DNA from: Armatimonadota bacterium
GTDB taxonomy: Bacteria > Armatimonadota > SYMT01
Length of the DNA: 25,209 nt
Direction of reading: 5' to 3'
Assembly: GCA_046292385.1 (NCBI GenBank)
Contig: JBKBRF010000001.1
Location: 5,996 to 31,204 of the forward strand
A program made the translations under genes and the position numbers. Numbering within the stretch: the first letter of the stretch is position 1; every line of letters begins with the position of its first letter. The notes under the pieces were generated by a model. The model saw only the letters and a program-made list of their open reading frames with translations, was not told the origin of the DNA and made no database searches. Positions 8,565 to 17,573 of this stretch are shown piece by piece.

Positions 8565-9271
8565 TCGCGCAGCTCCGCTACAACCTGAAGATCGTGGCGC
8601 CGACCCTCCTCTGGAGCGGCATCCTGGTCGGCGCGCTGGTGGCGCTGGTGCTCTGGGTCCAGTTCCGGAACACGGAGCCGTTCTCCGCCGGCACCGCCTC
8701 CTCGCTCGCGGAGCAGCTGGTGCCGGTGATCGCCGCCTTCTTCTCCGCCGGGGTGCTGGACGCCGAGATGAAGCGCGGCGCGCACGAGCTGCTCCGGAGC
8801 AAGCGGCGGCCGCTCTGGCACACCGTCGGCTACCGGGTGCTGGTGGCGGTGGCGGCGGCGCTGCTGGTCGGCCTCGGCATGCTGCTGGCGCTCCACTTCG
8901 GGCTCCGCCGCGTGCCGCTCGGCATGATCCTGCTCGCCTGTATTCCACCCTCGCTCTGCCTGGCGCTCGTCTCCCTCTGGACCCGCGTCCGTCTCGGCAA
9001 CGCCTTCATCGGTTACGTGGTGGCGCTCGCCGCCTGGCTCGGCATCTTCTTCACGGAAGGGGTGCTGGGGCCGGTGCTCGGCATCCGCATCAACCCGCTG
9101 CTCACCTTCTCCAGCTACACCGACCTCCTCAACGCCCGCGCCGCCGGCGCGGAGGCGGCCACTCCCTACGTCGACTGGTGGTGGGCCAGCAAGGTCGCCC
9201 TGCTCGTCGTCTCCGCGGCCGTCTTCGTGAGCATCACGCGGCGGGTAGAGAATCTGGTGGAAGGCGATTGA
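8561..9271 (+). CDS. ABC-2-like membrane permease subunit
   Basis: About six TM helices, EMKRGAHELLRSKRRPLW loop typical of ABC-2 permeases, ATGA overlap with the upstream gene. Confidence 0.78.
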   Translation: MIAQLRYNLKIVAPTLLWSGILVGALVALVLWVQFRNTEPFSAGTASSLAEQLVPVIAAFFSAGVLDAEMKRGAHELLRSKRRPLWHTVGYRVLVAVAAALLVGLGMLLALHFGLRRVPLGMILLACIPPSLCLALVSLWTRVRLGNAFIGYVVALAAWLGIFFTEGVLGPVLGIRINPLLTFSSYTDLLNARAAGAEAATPYVDWWWASKVALLVVSAAVFVSITRRVENLVEGD

Positions 9272-9335
9272 GCCGGGGGACGGGGGCTGGGGACACCCGG
9301 ACCTCGCCCCCCGGCGGAGCCTGCCGGAATCGGCG

Positions 9336-10778
9336 CTAGGCCAGCAGCGATTTCAGGAGCTGCGCCTCGTGCACGTCGGTCAGCCGCTCGTCGCGGTTGC
9401 CATGGCGGAAGGTGACCCGCTTGTGGTCCAGGCCCAGCAGGTGGAGCAGCGTGCCGTGGAGATCGGCGACGGTGACCACGTCCTGCACGGCGCGGTAGCC
9501 GAACTCGTCGGTGGCGCCGTGGGTGACGCCGCCCTTGATGCCGCCGCCCGCCAGCCACATGCTGAAGCCGCGCTTGTGGTGATCGCGCCCGTCCTTCCCT
9601 TCCGCAAACGGAGTGCGGCCGAACTCTCCGGTCCAGACCACCAGCGTCTCGTCCAGCAGGCCGCGCTGCTTCAGGTCCGCCAGCAGGCCGGCGACCGGCA
9701 GATCGGTCTGGCGGCAGAGCGAGCGGTGCCCCTCGGTGTTGTTGGCGTGGGTGTCCCACGGCTGCCCGGCCATCATCACCTGGACGAAGCGGACCCCCCG
9801 CTCCACCAGCCGCCGCGCCATCAGGCACTGCCGGCCGTAGGTCGCCGTCTCCCCCTGGTCCAGACCGTAGAGCGCGCGGGTGGTCGCCGGCTCTTTCGAG
9901 AGGTCGAGGGCGTCGGTCGCCGCGAGCTGCATCCGCGCCGCCAGCTCGAAGTTGGCGATCCGCGCCTCCAGCTCCAGGTTGTCTTCCCGGCCCTTACGGT
10001 GCTCCCGGTTCAGCTTCTGGAGCAGCTCCAGGCGGGCGCCGGCGGCGTCGCGCGGGACCTTCGGCTCCAGGTTCAGGATCGGCGAGGTATCGGTAGCGCG
10101 GACCGGCATCCCCTGGTAGAGCGGGGGCATCCAGCCGCTCGACCAGTTCCGCGCGCCGTCGACCGGCAGCCCGCCGGGGTTCAGCAGTGCCACGTAGGCG
10201 GGGAGGTCCTGGTTCTCGGTCCCGAGCGCGTAGGTGATCCAGCTCCCCATCGTGGGCCGGCCGGCGACCGGCGAGCCGCTGTGCATGTGGCAGCACGCCT
10301 GCTCGTGGTTCTCGTGCTCCGAGACCATGGAGCGGATGACGGAGACGCTGTCCGCGTGCTTCGCCAGCTCCGGCAGTAGCTCGGAAAGCTCCAGTCCGGA
10401 CTGCCCGTGGCGCGCGAACTGGAACGGGGTGCCGAGCCAGACGCCGGTCTTCTTCGGGTCGACGTCGTTCACGAACCCCTCGCCCGGCTTCTCCCCCGCG
10501 CGGCGGTTCAGCTCCGGCTTCGGGTCGAAGAGGTCGACCTGGCTCGGCCCGCCGTTCTGGAAGAGATAGATCACCCGCTTCGCCTTCGGCGCATAGTGCG
10601 GGGGCCGCGGCGCCATCGGGTTCGCCCCCTCCGCCGGCGGAGCCTCGGCGCGCGCCTCCTCCGCCAGGAGCGCGGTTAACGCCAGCGCGCTCGCCCCCAT
10701 TCCGAGTCGGGAGAAGAGCTCCCGCCGGGAGAGCTGCCGCAGCAGCCGCGCGCGCTGTCTCAGGTCAAATTCACTCAT
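9336..10778 (-). CDS. DUF1501 domain protein (Tat-like leader)
   Basis: LSRRELF leader; AKRVIYLFQNGGPSQVDLFDPKP; ARRLVERGVRFVQV; WDTH; VVWTGEFGRTP; GRDHH; LLGLDH. Start at ATG 10778 with GAGGA RBS (alternative 10790). Confidence 0.93.
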   Translation of the reverse strand: MSEFDLRQRARLLRQLSRRELFSRLGMGASALALTALLAEEARAEAPPAEGANPMAPRPPHYAPKAKRVIYLFQNGGPSQVDLFDPKPELNRRAGEKPGEGFVNDVDPKKTGVWLGTPFQFARHGQSGLELSELLPELAKHADSVSVIRSMVSEHENHEQACCHMHSGSPVAGRPTMGSWITYALGTENQDLPAYVALLNPGGLPVDGARNWSSGWMPPLYQGMPVRATDTSPILNLEPKVPRDAAGARLELLQKLNREHRKGREDNLELEARIANFELAARMQLAATDALDLSKEPATTRALYGLDQGETATYGRQCLMARRLVERGVRFVQVMMAGQPWDTHANNTEGHRSLCRQTDLPVAGLLADLKQRGLLDETLVVWTGEFGRTPFAEGKDGRDHHKRGFSMWLAGGGIKGGVTHGATDEFGYRAVQDVVTVADLHGTLLHLLGLDHKRVTFRHGNRDERLTDVHEAQLLKSLLA

Positions 10779-10786
10779 CGTTTTCC

Positions 10787-11767
10787 TCATACTCGCCCGG
10801 AGGCCGACCTGGCGAGGCCGTCCAGCGCCGAAAGGCTGTCCTCGATCCGCTTCAGATCGGCGCCGAGCATCACCAGCTCCGGGTGGAACTCCGAGACCAG
10901 GGCGCGAGTCCAGCACTTCATGGCGCGGTGGACCAGCACCTCTTCCAGCGCCGTCTCGTACTCGCGAGAAGGGGCCGCGGGGGCCGCGCCTTCGATTCGG
11001 ATCAGCTCGGCGAGCCGCGTCTGGTACCGCTCCATCTCGGCACAGATCCGCTGCATCGCGACCGCGAATTCATACCGGGTGAGAGTCTTCCTGCCGGCAA
11101 AAGTACCGTCCGGATAGCCGGTGAAGATCCCGGCCGCCCCGAGCTCGTTGACGATCTCGTAGGCGGGATGGCCGACGTCCTGCGCGACGACCAGCGGAAC
11201 GTCCTCGAAGGCGCTCGGAGGCTTCTCGGCGGACGCCAGTGCGTGCGGCCTTGCGAGCGCGGCAAGCCGTTCCACCCTAGCCGTCCACGCCGCCAGCTCC
11301 TGCTGCCGGCCGTCCGGCTCCGCCTTCATCAGCTTCAGGACCGGCGTGGACTGATCCAACAGCACGCGGTGCCATCCGAGCACCGCCCGCAGCCGCCCCG
11401 GCTCTGCGGAGCAGGCGAGCAGCTTCTCCCGCACCCCACCCGGCTTGCTCCCCGCCTGGAGCGAGGTGACGACCCTCCGCAGATGGTCGTGCATCCCCTG
11501 CGCTACCTGCGCCACCTGGTGACGCGTCCAGCCGCCATCGTAGCTCCCCAGAAGCGCAGCCCCCAGCGGCAGTCCGCACCCCAAGTCGAGGTACGACGCC
11601 ACCTGGAGGAGCAGCCGCGACTCCGGGTGCGCTTCGAACGCATTCCCGGCTGCCGGGGCGGGTCGGGTCAGCTCCCGGGGCAGGAGCGGCTCGGCGCGCG
11701 CAGCGGCCCCGGGCATCGCCAGCCCGAGAAGGGTCCACCGCAGCACGTCGCGCCGGGAGCTTGTCAT
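10787..11767 (-). CDS. Tat-exported protein with one S-layer homology (SLH) domain
   Basis: MTSSRRDVLRW...AARA twin-arginine signal; SLH motif FEDVP...HPAYEIVNELGAAGIFTGYPDGTFAGRKTLTRYEFAV (about 11046-11209). Confidence 0.8.
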   Translation of the reverse strand: MTSSRRDVLRWTLLGLAMPGAAARAEPLLPRELTRPAPAAGNAFEAHPESRLLLQVASYLDLGCGLPLGAALLGSYDGGWTRHQVAQVAQGMHDHLRRVVTSLQAGSKPGGVREKLLACSAEPGRLRAVLGWHRVLLDQSTPVLKLMKAEPDGRQQELAAWTARVERLAALARPHALASAEKPPSAFEDVPLVVAQDVGHPAYEIVNELGAAGIFTGYPDGTFAGRKTLTRYEFAVAMQRICAEMERYQTRLAELIRIEGAAPAAPSREYETALEEVLVHRAMKCWTRALVSEFHPELVMLGADLKRIEDSLSALDGLARSASGRV

Positions 11768-11784
11768 CGCCGGACTCTCCGATC

Positions 11785-14529
11785 TCAATCGACGTAGAGG
11801 AACTCGTTCGCGCTCAGGAGCGCCTGGCAGAGATCGGCCCAGGTCAGCTGCCGCGCTTCCGCTGCTGCTTTCCCCGCCGCGCGGTAGCGCGCCTCCTGCT
11901 CCGGCAGGAAATCGAGCACCGCGGCCAGCTCGGCCGGCGACGGCCCGCGGCCGAGCGCGAGACGGTAGGCGCGGTCGGCCGCGGCCCGGACGCCCTGCTC
12001 CGGCGGCGCTTCTTTCAGCACGCGCGCGGCGAAGTTCCCGGACTGCGCCGTGATGAAGGTGCTGTTCATCTGCGCCAGCGCCTGCGTGGCGGTGGTGGAG
12101 ACGACCCGCCGCGTGCAGTTCGTCTCCATTACCGGCGCGTCGAAGGTGTTGAGCAGTGTTACCGGCATGGAGCGGCGCACCAGCAGGTAGATCGAGCGCC
12201 GGCCGGGGCCCGCTTCTCCCGCGGCGATGATCTCGCCGGTCGCTACCGTCTCCGTCCCCACCGGCTCGCCGAATAGCTTCAGGTCGAGCGTCCCCGCCGC
12301 GGCGAGCACCGCGTCCCGCACCGCCTCCGCCTCCAGCCGTCGCGCTCGCTGCCGCCAGAGCAGCCGGTTCTCCGGATCTTTCGCCGCCGCCTCCGGCCGC
12401 AGCGCGGACGCCTGCCGGTAGACCGCGGAGGTGACGATGAGGCGGTGGAGCGCTTTGATCGACCAGCCGAATCCACTCGACGGAGAGACAGAGAGACGGA
12501 GTGACGGAGAGAGCTGTGCCCGCGTGGCAGGCTGCGCTTCTCGGGAAGCGGCGGTTCGGACTCGCACTATCCCTCTGTCTCTCCGTCCCTCTGTCCCTGA
12601 AGTCCCTCTGTCACTCTGTCTCTCTGTCGCTACCGCATCAGGGGTAACCGGCGCCGTGAAAACAGAAGCGAGAAAGTCGAGAAGCTCCGGGTGCGAGGGC
12701 CGATCTCCGGAGCGGCCGAAGTTGTCGAGGGAGCGGACGATCCCCTCCCCGAAGTGGTGAGCCCAGACGCGGTTCACCAGCACGCGGGCTGTCAGCGGGT
12801 GGTCCGGACGGGTCAGCCACTGCGCCAGGGCGGTCCGGCGGCCGGTGGTGGCGGCATCCGCGGCGGGAGTGGGCAGGGTAAAGCCGCCGGTCGCCTCCGC
12901 CAGGATGGCCGGGATGCCCGGCTCCACCGGATCGCCGGGGCGCAGCCAATCGCCGCGGTTCAGCAGGGGGGTCGGCGGCGGGGTGGCGTCCTGGTCGTAG
13001 AAGGCGCGGATCTCCGGGTAGACGATCCGCTTCTTCGCCTCCGCCTCCCGGGCGGCGCGGATCTCTCCCTGCGCCTTCGCAAACTCCGGGTAGGCGGCGG
13101 CGAGCTCTTCCGCCGTCGGCGCGGCTATAGACTTGTTCTTCTCGATGAGCGCCTTCTGCTCCGGGGTGCGCTTCGCCTCTTCGACCGCCAGCGCGGCGCG
13201 GAGGGCGGACTGCTCCTCCACCGGGAGCGACGGCAGCCTCGCCTCCAGGTGGCGGGCGGCGTGGTCCCGCAGCAGCGCCGCGCTCTTCTTCTCCAGCTCC
13301 GCGAGCGCGGCATCGACCGCGGCGTTCACCCGCTTCGCCTCTTCCTGCTGGGCGGCGGTGGCGGCGACGATCTGCCGCCGGTAGGTGGGGAGCAGCGCGC
13401 CGCGAGGACGAACGGCGCCCATGAAGAGCGCCTGCAGGCGGTAGTAGTCTTTCTGGGAGATCGGCTCGTACTTGTGGTCGTGACACTGCGCGCACTGGAC
13501 CGTGAGCCCCAGCACCGTGGTGGAGACGATCCGCTGCGTATCGTGCAGCATCCGGTACTGGTACTCGCCGAACTGGTGCGGGTTGAAGTCGTCCCGGGTG
13601 GCGTCGACCGCCGTCCGCAGGAAGCCGGTGGCGGTGACCGCCTCCAGCACCTCCGGCGTGAACTCCTTCGCGGTGCGGTAGCCGGAGAGCTCGTCCCCCG
13701 CCAGCTGCTCGCGCAGGAACCGGTCGTACGGCTTGTCCGCGTTGAAGCTGCGGATCACGTAGTCGCGGTAGCGCCACGCGTTCGGCCGGAGGCGGTCCTC
13801 CTGCAGCACGCCTTCGCTGTCCGCATAGCCGGCGGTATCGAGCCAGTGCCGCGCCCAGCGCTCTCCGTAGTGGGGAGAGGCGAGGAGCGTCTCGACCAGC
13901 CGCTCGTAGGCGTCCGGGGCGGGGTCACTCACGAACGTCTCCACCTGCTCCGGCGTGGGGGGCAGGCCGAGCAGGTCGAAGTAGAGCCGGCGGACCAGCG
14001 TCCGGCGGTCCGCTTCCGGCGAGAGGCCGAGCCCCTGCCGCTCCAGCTCCGCCAGGACGAAGCGGTCAATCGGGTTCCGCACCCGGTCTTCCGCGCGGAC
14101 CTTCGGCGCCGCCGGCCGCGCCGGTGGAATGAAGGCCCAGTGGCCCTGCTCCGGACCCTTGCCGGGCGCGCCGGCGCGGATCCAGTCCGCGACCTTCGCC
14201 AGCTCCGCGGGAGAAAACTTGCCGCCGCCCTTCGGCATGCGGCCGTCCGCCAGCATCTGGTAGAGCAGACTCTGTCCCGGGTCGCGGCCCGCCACCGAGG
14301 GGCCGGAGGCGCCGCCTTCCAGCACGTCGCCCCGCTGCCGGAGGTCGAGGCCCGCGGCCGGGTTCACCGCGCCGTGGCAGCCGATGCAGCGCGCCTGGAA
14401 GAGCGGCAGGATGTCGCGCTCGTAAGACGGCGCCGCCTTGCCGGTCGCGGCGAGCGCCAGGACCGGCGCGCCCGCTCCCAGCGCGATCGCGACCCCCGCC
14501 GGAAGCCACCTTCGGATCAGATCTCGCAC
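11785..14529 (-). CDS. Planctomycete-type cytochrome c + DUF1549 (PSCyt2) + DUF1553 (PSD1) protein
   Basis: Signal peptide; CIGCH heme motif; HWAF, NPIDRF, SPHYGERWARHWLD, CAQCHDHK; PLTARVLVNRVW, HPELLDFLA, RRLEAEAVRD, RRSIYL, EFLYVD. Start taken at GTG 14529 (AGGAG upstream). Confidence 0.93.
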   Translation of the reverse strand: MRDLIRRWLPAGVAIALGAGAPVLALAATGKAAPSYERDILPLFQARCIGCHGAVNPAAGLDLRQRGDVLEGGASGPSVAGRDPGQSLLYQMLADGRMPKGGGKFSPAELAKVADWIRAGAPGKGPEQGHWAFIPPARPAAPKVRAEDRVRNPIDRFVLAELERQGLGLSPEADRRTLVRRLYFDLLGLPPTPEQVETFVSDPAPDAYERLVETLLASPHYGERWARHWLDTAGYADSEGVLQEDRLRPNAWRYRDYVIRSFNADKPYDRFLREQLAGDELSGYRTAKEFTPEVLEAVTATGFLRTAVDATRDDFNPHQFGEYQYRMLHDTQRIVSTTVLGLTVQCAQCHDHKYEPISQKDYYRLQALFMGAVRPRGALLPTYRRQIVAATAAQQEEAKRVNAAVDAALAELEKKSAALLRDHAARHLEARLPSLPVEEQSALRAALAVEEAKRTPEQKALIEKNKSIAAPTAEELAAAYPEFAKAQGEIRAAREAEAKKRIVYPEIRAFYDQDATPPPTPLLNRGDWLRPGDPVEPGIPAILAEATGGFTLPTPAADAATTGRRTALAQWLTRPDHPLTARVLVNRVWAHHFGEGIVRSLDNFGRSGDRPSHPELLDFLASVFTAPVTPDAVATERQSDRGTSGTEGRRDRGIVRVRTAASREAQPATRAQLSPSLRLSVSPSSGFGWSIKALHRLIVTSAVYRQASALRPEAAAKDPENRLLWRQRARRLEAEAVRDAVLAAAGTLDLKLFGEPVGTETVATGEIIAAGEAGPGRRSIYLLVRRSMPVTLLNTFDAPVMETNCTRRVVSTTATQALAQMNSTFITAQSGNFAARVLKEAPPEQGVRAAADRAYRLALGRGPSPAELAAVLDFLPEQEARYRAAGKAAAEARQLTWADLCQALLSANEFLYVD
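12479..12628. repeat. Inverted octamer tandem arrays (GACRGAGN) inserted in frame within the DUF1553 domain
   Basis: 12479-12513 gacggaga gacagaga gacggagt gacggaga; 12570-12628 tccctctg tctctccg tccctctg tccctgaag tccctctg tcactctg tctctctg. The span is 150 bp. Confidence 0.85.
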
Positions 14530-14791
14530 CGCCACTCCTACTCGCCACGCAGAAAAACCGTTCACGCGCCCGCAGGGACCCGCGGAGGATTGGACACCCC
14601 TCCCGCGGGCCGGTTGCGGCGCCTTCTCCCCCGCGGTCGCTGCAAAAGCGTGGTCGCGGGAGCTGTATCGGCGCAGCAGCGGGTCCGGGCGCTCCCCGCC
14701 CAGCTTTCTCTCTTGCCAGGCAGGGAGTCGCTCCTACTCCTACGAACCGAGCTAATACGCGGGTTAGTCATAGAAAGGATAGGGGGTGGGA

Positions 14792-15883
14792 ATGTCGTTG
14801 TCTCGGACTGTAAGCTGGGGATTGCGAGTCTTTCTGGTCGGGTTCGCCGCGGCAGGCGGGGTCGCGGCGGTGGGCGACACGCCGGTTGCGGCGCGGGCGC
14901 CGAGCCTGATCGCAGAGCTGGAGCCGATCGAGGGCGTCGATTTCATTTGGGTGACGGCGCTCAACAACCGCGGACAGGCCGTGGGGGCTGGGGTCCGGGA
15001 GCTCCAGGATGAGCCCGGCCTCTGGACCGGCCTGTCGTGGCGCAGCACCGCCCCCATCCTGCTGCGGGTCCCGGAAGGGGCGCGCGGCACCTGGCCGCAC
15101 GCGATCAACAACCGCGGGCTGATCGCGGGAGAAACCGATTTCGGCGACCGCACCCAGGCCACTCTCTGGCGGAAAGGCAAGCCGAAGCTGCTGCCGGAGC
15201 TTCCGGACGGCCTGGGAAGCACCGCGCTGGCGCTCAACGACCGCGGCCAGGCCGCTGGCACGGTGCTGACTGCGGATGACTACTGGCTCGCCGCGGTCTG
15301 GACCGGGAGACGCCTCCGCACCCTCCCTCCGCTGCCGGAGACGACCCACTCGGAAGCCCATGCTCTCAACAACCGCGGCAAGGTCGCGGGCGTATCGTTG
15401 ACGTTCAGCGAAGGCACCGAAGGCGAGATTATCGTCCGGCGGGCGACCAGCTGGCACGGCCGGCACGCCACGGCGCTCGGTGAGCCCGAGGGCACCACGG
15501 AGAGCGACGTGCTAGACCTGAACGATCGCGGGGACGTGGTAGGCTGGGCGGCGGGCGATTCCGGAATGGTACTCCCAGCCGCCTGGAGCAAGCGCGGCCC
15601 CCGGCTGCTGCCGCTGCCCGAAGGGGCGATCGGCGGGATGGCATCCGCGGTCGATTCCCGGGGACGGGTCGTAGGCTGGGTTGGAGACGACAACGGAGTC
15701 CGGATGCTGCTCTGGACCGCCCGCGGTACCTTTGACCTGAGCGCGCTGGTGCCGGAGAGCCTGGGTTGGACCACTCTCTTCCCCGAGGACCTGAATGATC
15801 GGGGCGAGATCGTCGGCCAGGGCGATCTGAATGGAAAGCGCGCCGCCTTCCGGCTCCGGATTCCCAAGCGGCTGCTCCGCTGA
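14792..15883 (+). CDS. Secreted HAF-type repeat (beta-propeller) protein
   Basis: Signal peptide followed by about seven repeats of AxALNxRGQxxG...A.xW; C-terminal LNDRGEIVGQGDLNGKRAAFRL. Confidence 0.85.
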   Translation: MSLSRTVSWGLRVFLVGFAAAGGVAAVGDTPVAARAPSLIAELEPIEGVDFIWVTALNNRGQAVGAGVRELQDEPGLWTGLSWRSTAPILLRVPEGARGTWPHAINNRGLIAGETDFGDRTQATLWRKGKPKLLPELPDGLGSTALALNDRGQAAGTVLTADDYWLAAVWTGRRLRTLPPLPETTHSEAHALNNRGKVAGVSLTFSEGTEGEIIVRRATSWHGRHATALGEPEGTTESDVLDLNDRGDVVGWAAGDSGMVLPAAWSKRGPRLLPLPEGAIGGMASAVDSRGRVVGWVGDDNGVRMLLWTARGTFDLSALVPESLGWTTLFPEDLNDRGEIVGQGDLNGKRAAFRLRIPKRLLR

Positions 15884-15946
15884 GGCGACGTCGCTCGCCC
15901 GGAGACGCGGCCAGGATGAATACGCTGGCATCTCCTGCTGACGCAG

Positions 15947-15982
15947 CCTCACCCCCGGCCCCTCTCCCGCGGGGAGAGGGGC
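15947..15982. repeat. CCTCACCCC-CCTCTCCC/GGGAGAGGGG palindromic repeat
   Basis: cctcacccccg-gcccctctccc-gcg-gggagaggggc (11-bp stem). It resembles a widespread extragenic palindrome family. Confidence 0.6.
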
Positions 15983-16017
15983 GCTATCGGTGTGGAGCCT
16001 ACTCCTCGCCTCCCGGC

Positions 16018-16052
16018 CGGCAGGGTTTTCCGATCTCTGGGAAACCCTGCCG
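16018..16052. terminator. Hairpin between convergent HAF gene and pafA (probable terminator)
   Basis: cggcagggttttcc-gatctct-gggaaaccctgccg forms a 14-bp stem 10 bp after the pafA stop; there is no strong U-tract. Confidence 0.55.
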
Positions 16053-16062
16053 CTGAGCTCCC

Positions 16063-17538
16063 TTATCCCAGGCTGCCGGTAAAGCGCGCCGCTTCCTTGC
16101 GGTAGTCGTGGAACGGGTTGCGGAGGTCGAGGTAGCGGTCCCGGTCCAGGTAGATGCTGTCCCAGTCGATCACGTAGCGGGGCGACCGCTGCTCCAGGAG
16201 CTTGCCGATCACCTCGCCGCGGGCGGCGGCGCGGGTATCGGCGGGTGGGGTAGTGCGGGCCGCCTCGATCTTCTCCTCATCCAGGACGCGCAGCATCTGC
16301 CCGGCTTCTACCAGTCCGTGGAAGAGGCCTCGCTCCGGGTCGATGTTGTGGTACTCCAGGTCGAGGCTCTGCATCACGTCGTCGTGCCAGCCCGCGCCTT
16401 CCGACTGCCGGTACAGCTCCAGCAGCTTCCGCTTCGCCACCCAGTCGACCCGGTCATCCAGCAGCATCGGGTTCGTCTCCAGGCCGGTGAGCGCGTAGTC
16501 CCACTCCCGCAGCACCCAGTCGGTCTGCTCGTCCCGGCCCGCCAGGTAGCGCTGCGCCGTCTCCAGGTAGAGCCGCTGGAGGTCGACCGCCGGCATGGTA
16601 CGGCCGTCCGCCATCTTGACCGGCCACTGCCAGGACGGGTCGCGGGAGACGGAGCGGAGCGTCTTGATCGGGTCGCTCACCCGCACCTCTTCCGGGATCA
16701 GGCTGTCTTCCAGCAGGTCGAGGACCAGCGAGGTGGTGCCGATCTTCATCACCGTGGCCCACTCGCTCATGTTCGCCTCCCCGAAGAGGAGATGGAGGCG
16801 GTGCATGTCGCTGAAGTTGTAGTAGCTGTCCCACTTGGGGTTGATGATGGCACGGTTGAACCGGACCTTGGAGGCGACGCTCTTGAGGATGTGGTCCGCG
16901 CGCTGGGAGAGCTGGAACTCCACGCTCCGGTCGATCTCGACGGCGTAGAAGTTGTGGACCCAGATGTAGTCGACCTCGTGCTCGCCGATCTCCATCACGT
17001 TGTTGCGGAAATCGGTGCGGTTCAGCCGGTGCCCGCCCACGCGGCCGACCCCGGCGTAGATCTGGCGGGTCACCAGGAACGGCAGCAGCAGCGCCACGGC
17101 GTCCCGGAAGAACTCTTCGTTCAGGCGGGCCAGGTAGTTCTCATGGCAGCCGAAGGTGTGACCGCCGAAGTGGTCGACGCTGTTGTTGTGGAAGCTGACC
17201 TGCCCGTCCAGCCCCAGGTCCCGCAGCGCCTGCTGGAGGATGCGGTGCCCGGCCCGCTCGTGCGCGGCGACGTCGAAGAAGCTGCTGCACTCAGCGGTGG
17301 CGTACTCCTCGTGGTCGCCGACCGCGTCGATGTAGAGGCGCCCGCCGTTGCGCAGGAAGCCCCCGGCCCGCGCCGGCTCGAAGGTGTAGTCGCGCGCGTG
17401 GAGATCGATCAGGCCGAGCTTCTGCTCCAGGAAGACGTGGTTCTTGACCGCCTCCACCATCCGCTCCGGCTCGCCCAGCTCCGGGTCGTGCACCAGACAG
17501 CCGAACTCGGTCTCGATCCCAAAGATGCGTCGTTCCAT
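16063..17538 (-). CDS. pafA: Pup/UBact--protein ligase (PafA family)
   Basis: RRIFGIETEFG; FLRNGGRLYIDAVGDHEEYATAEC; FGCHENY; LPFLVTRQIYAGVG; QLSQRADHI; RLHLLFGEANMSE; DWVAKRKL; LDLEYH. It lacks the Dop loop. Confidence 0.9.
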   Translation of the reverse strand: MERRIFGIETEFGCLVHDPELGEPERMVEAVKNHVFLEQKLGLIDLHARDYTFEPARAGGFLRNGGRLYIDAVGDHEEYATAECSSFFDVAAHERAGHRILQQALRDLGLDGQVSFHNNSVDHFGGHTFGCHENYLARLNEEFFRDAVALLLPFLVTRQIYAGVGRVGGHRLNRTDFRNNVMEIGEHEVDYIWVHNFYAVEIDRSVEFQLSQRADHILKSVASKVRFNRAIINPKWDSYYNFSDMHRLHLLFGEANMSEWATVMKIGTTSLVLDLLEDSLIPEEVRVSDPIKTLRSVSRDPSWQWPVKMADGRTMPAVDLQRLYLETAQRYLAGRDEQTDWVLREWDYALTGLETNPMLLDDRVDWVAKRKLLELYRQSEGAGWHDDVMQSLDLEYHNIDPERGLFHGLVEAGQMLRVLDEEKIEAARTTPPADTRAAARGEVIGKLLEQRSPRYVIDWDSIYLDRDRYLDLRNPFHDYRKEAARFTGSLG

Positions 17539-17573
17539 GTACTACCTTGCGTGAAGCCGGTGCCGCTGGGTGC

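Noticed and set aside
9272..9315. gccggggg...cccccggc inverted repeat between convergent genes
   Set aside because: An 8-bp G/C stem with a long loop and no U-tract; too weak to call a terminator.
12691..15012. 773-aa plus-strand ORF
   Set aside because: Antisense shadow of the DUF1549/1553 gene. Long stop-free antisense frames are expected at this GC content and it has no recognisable motifs.
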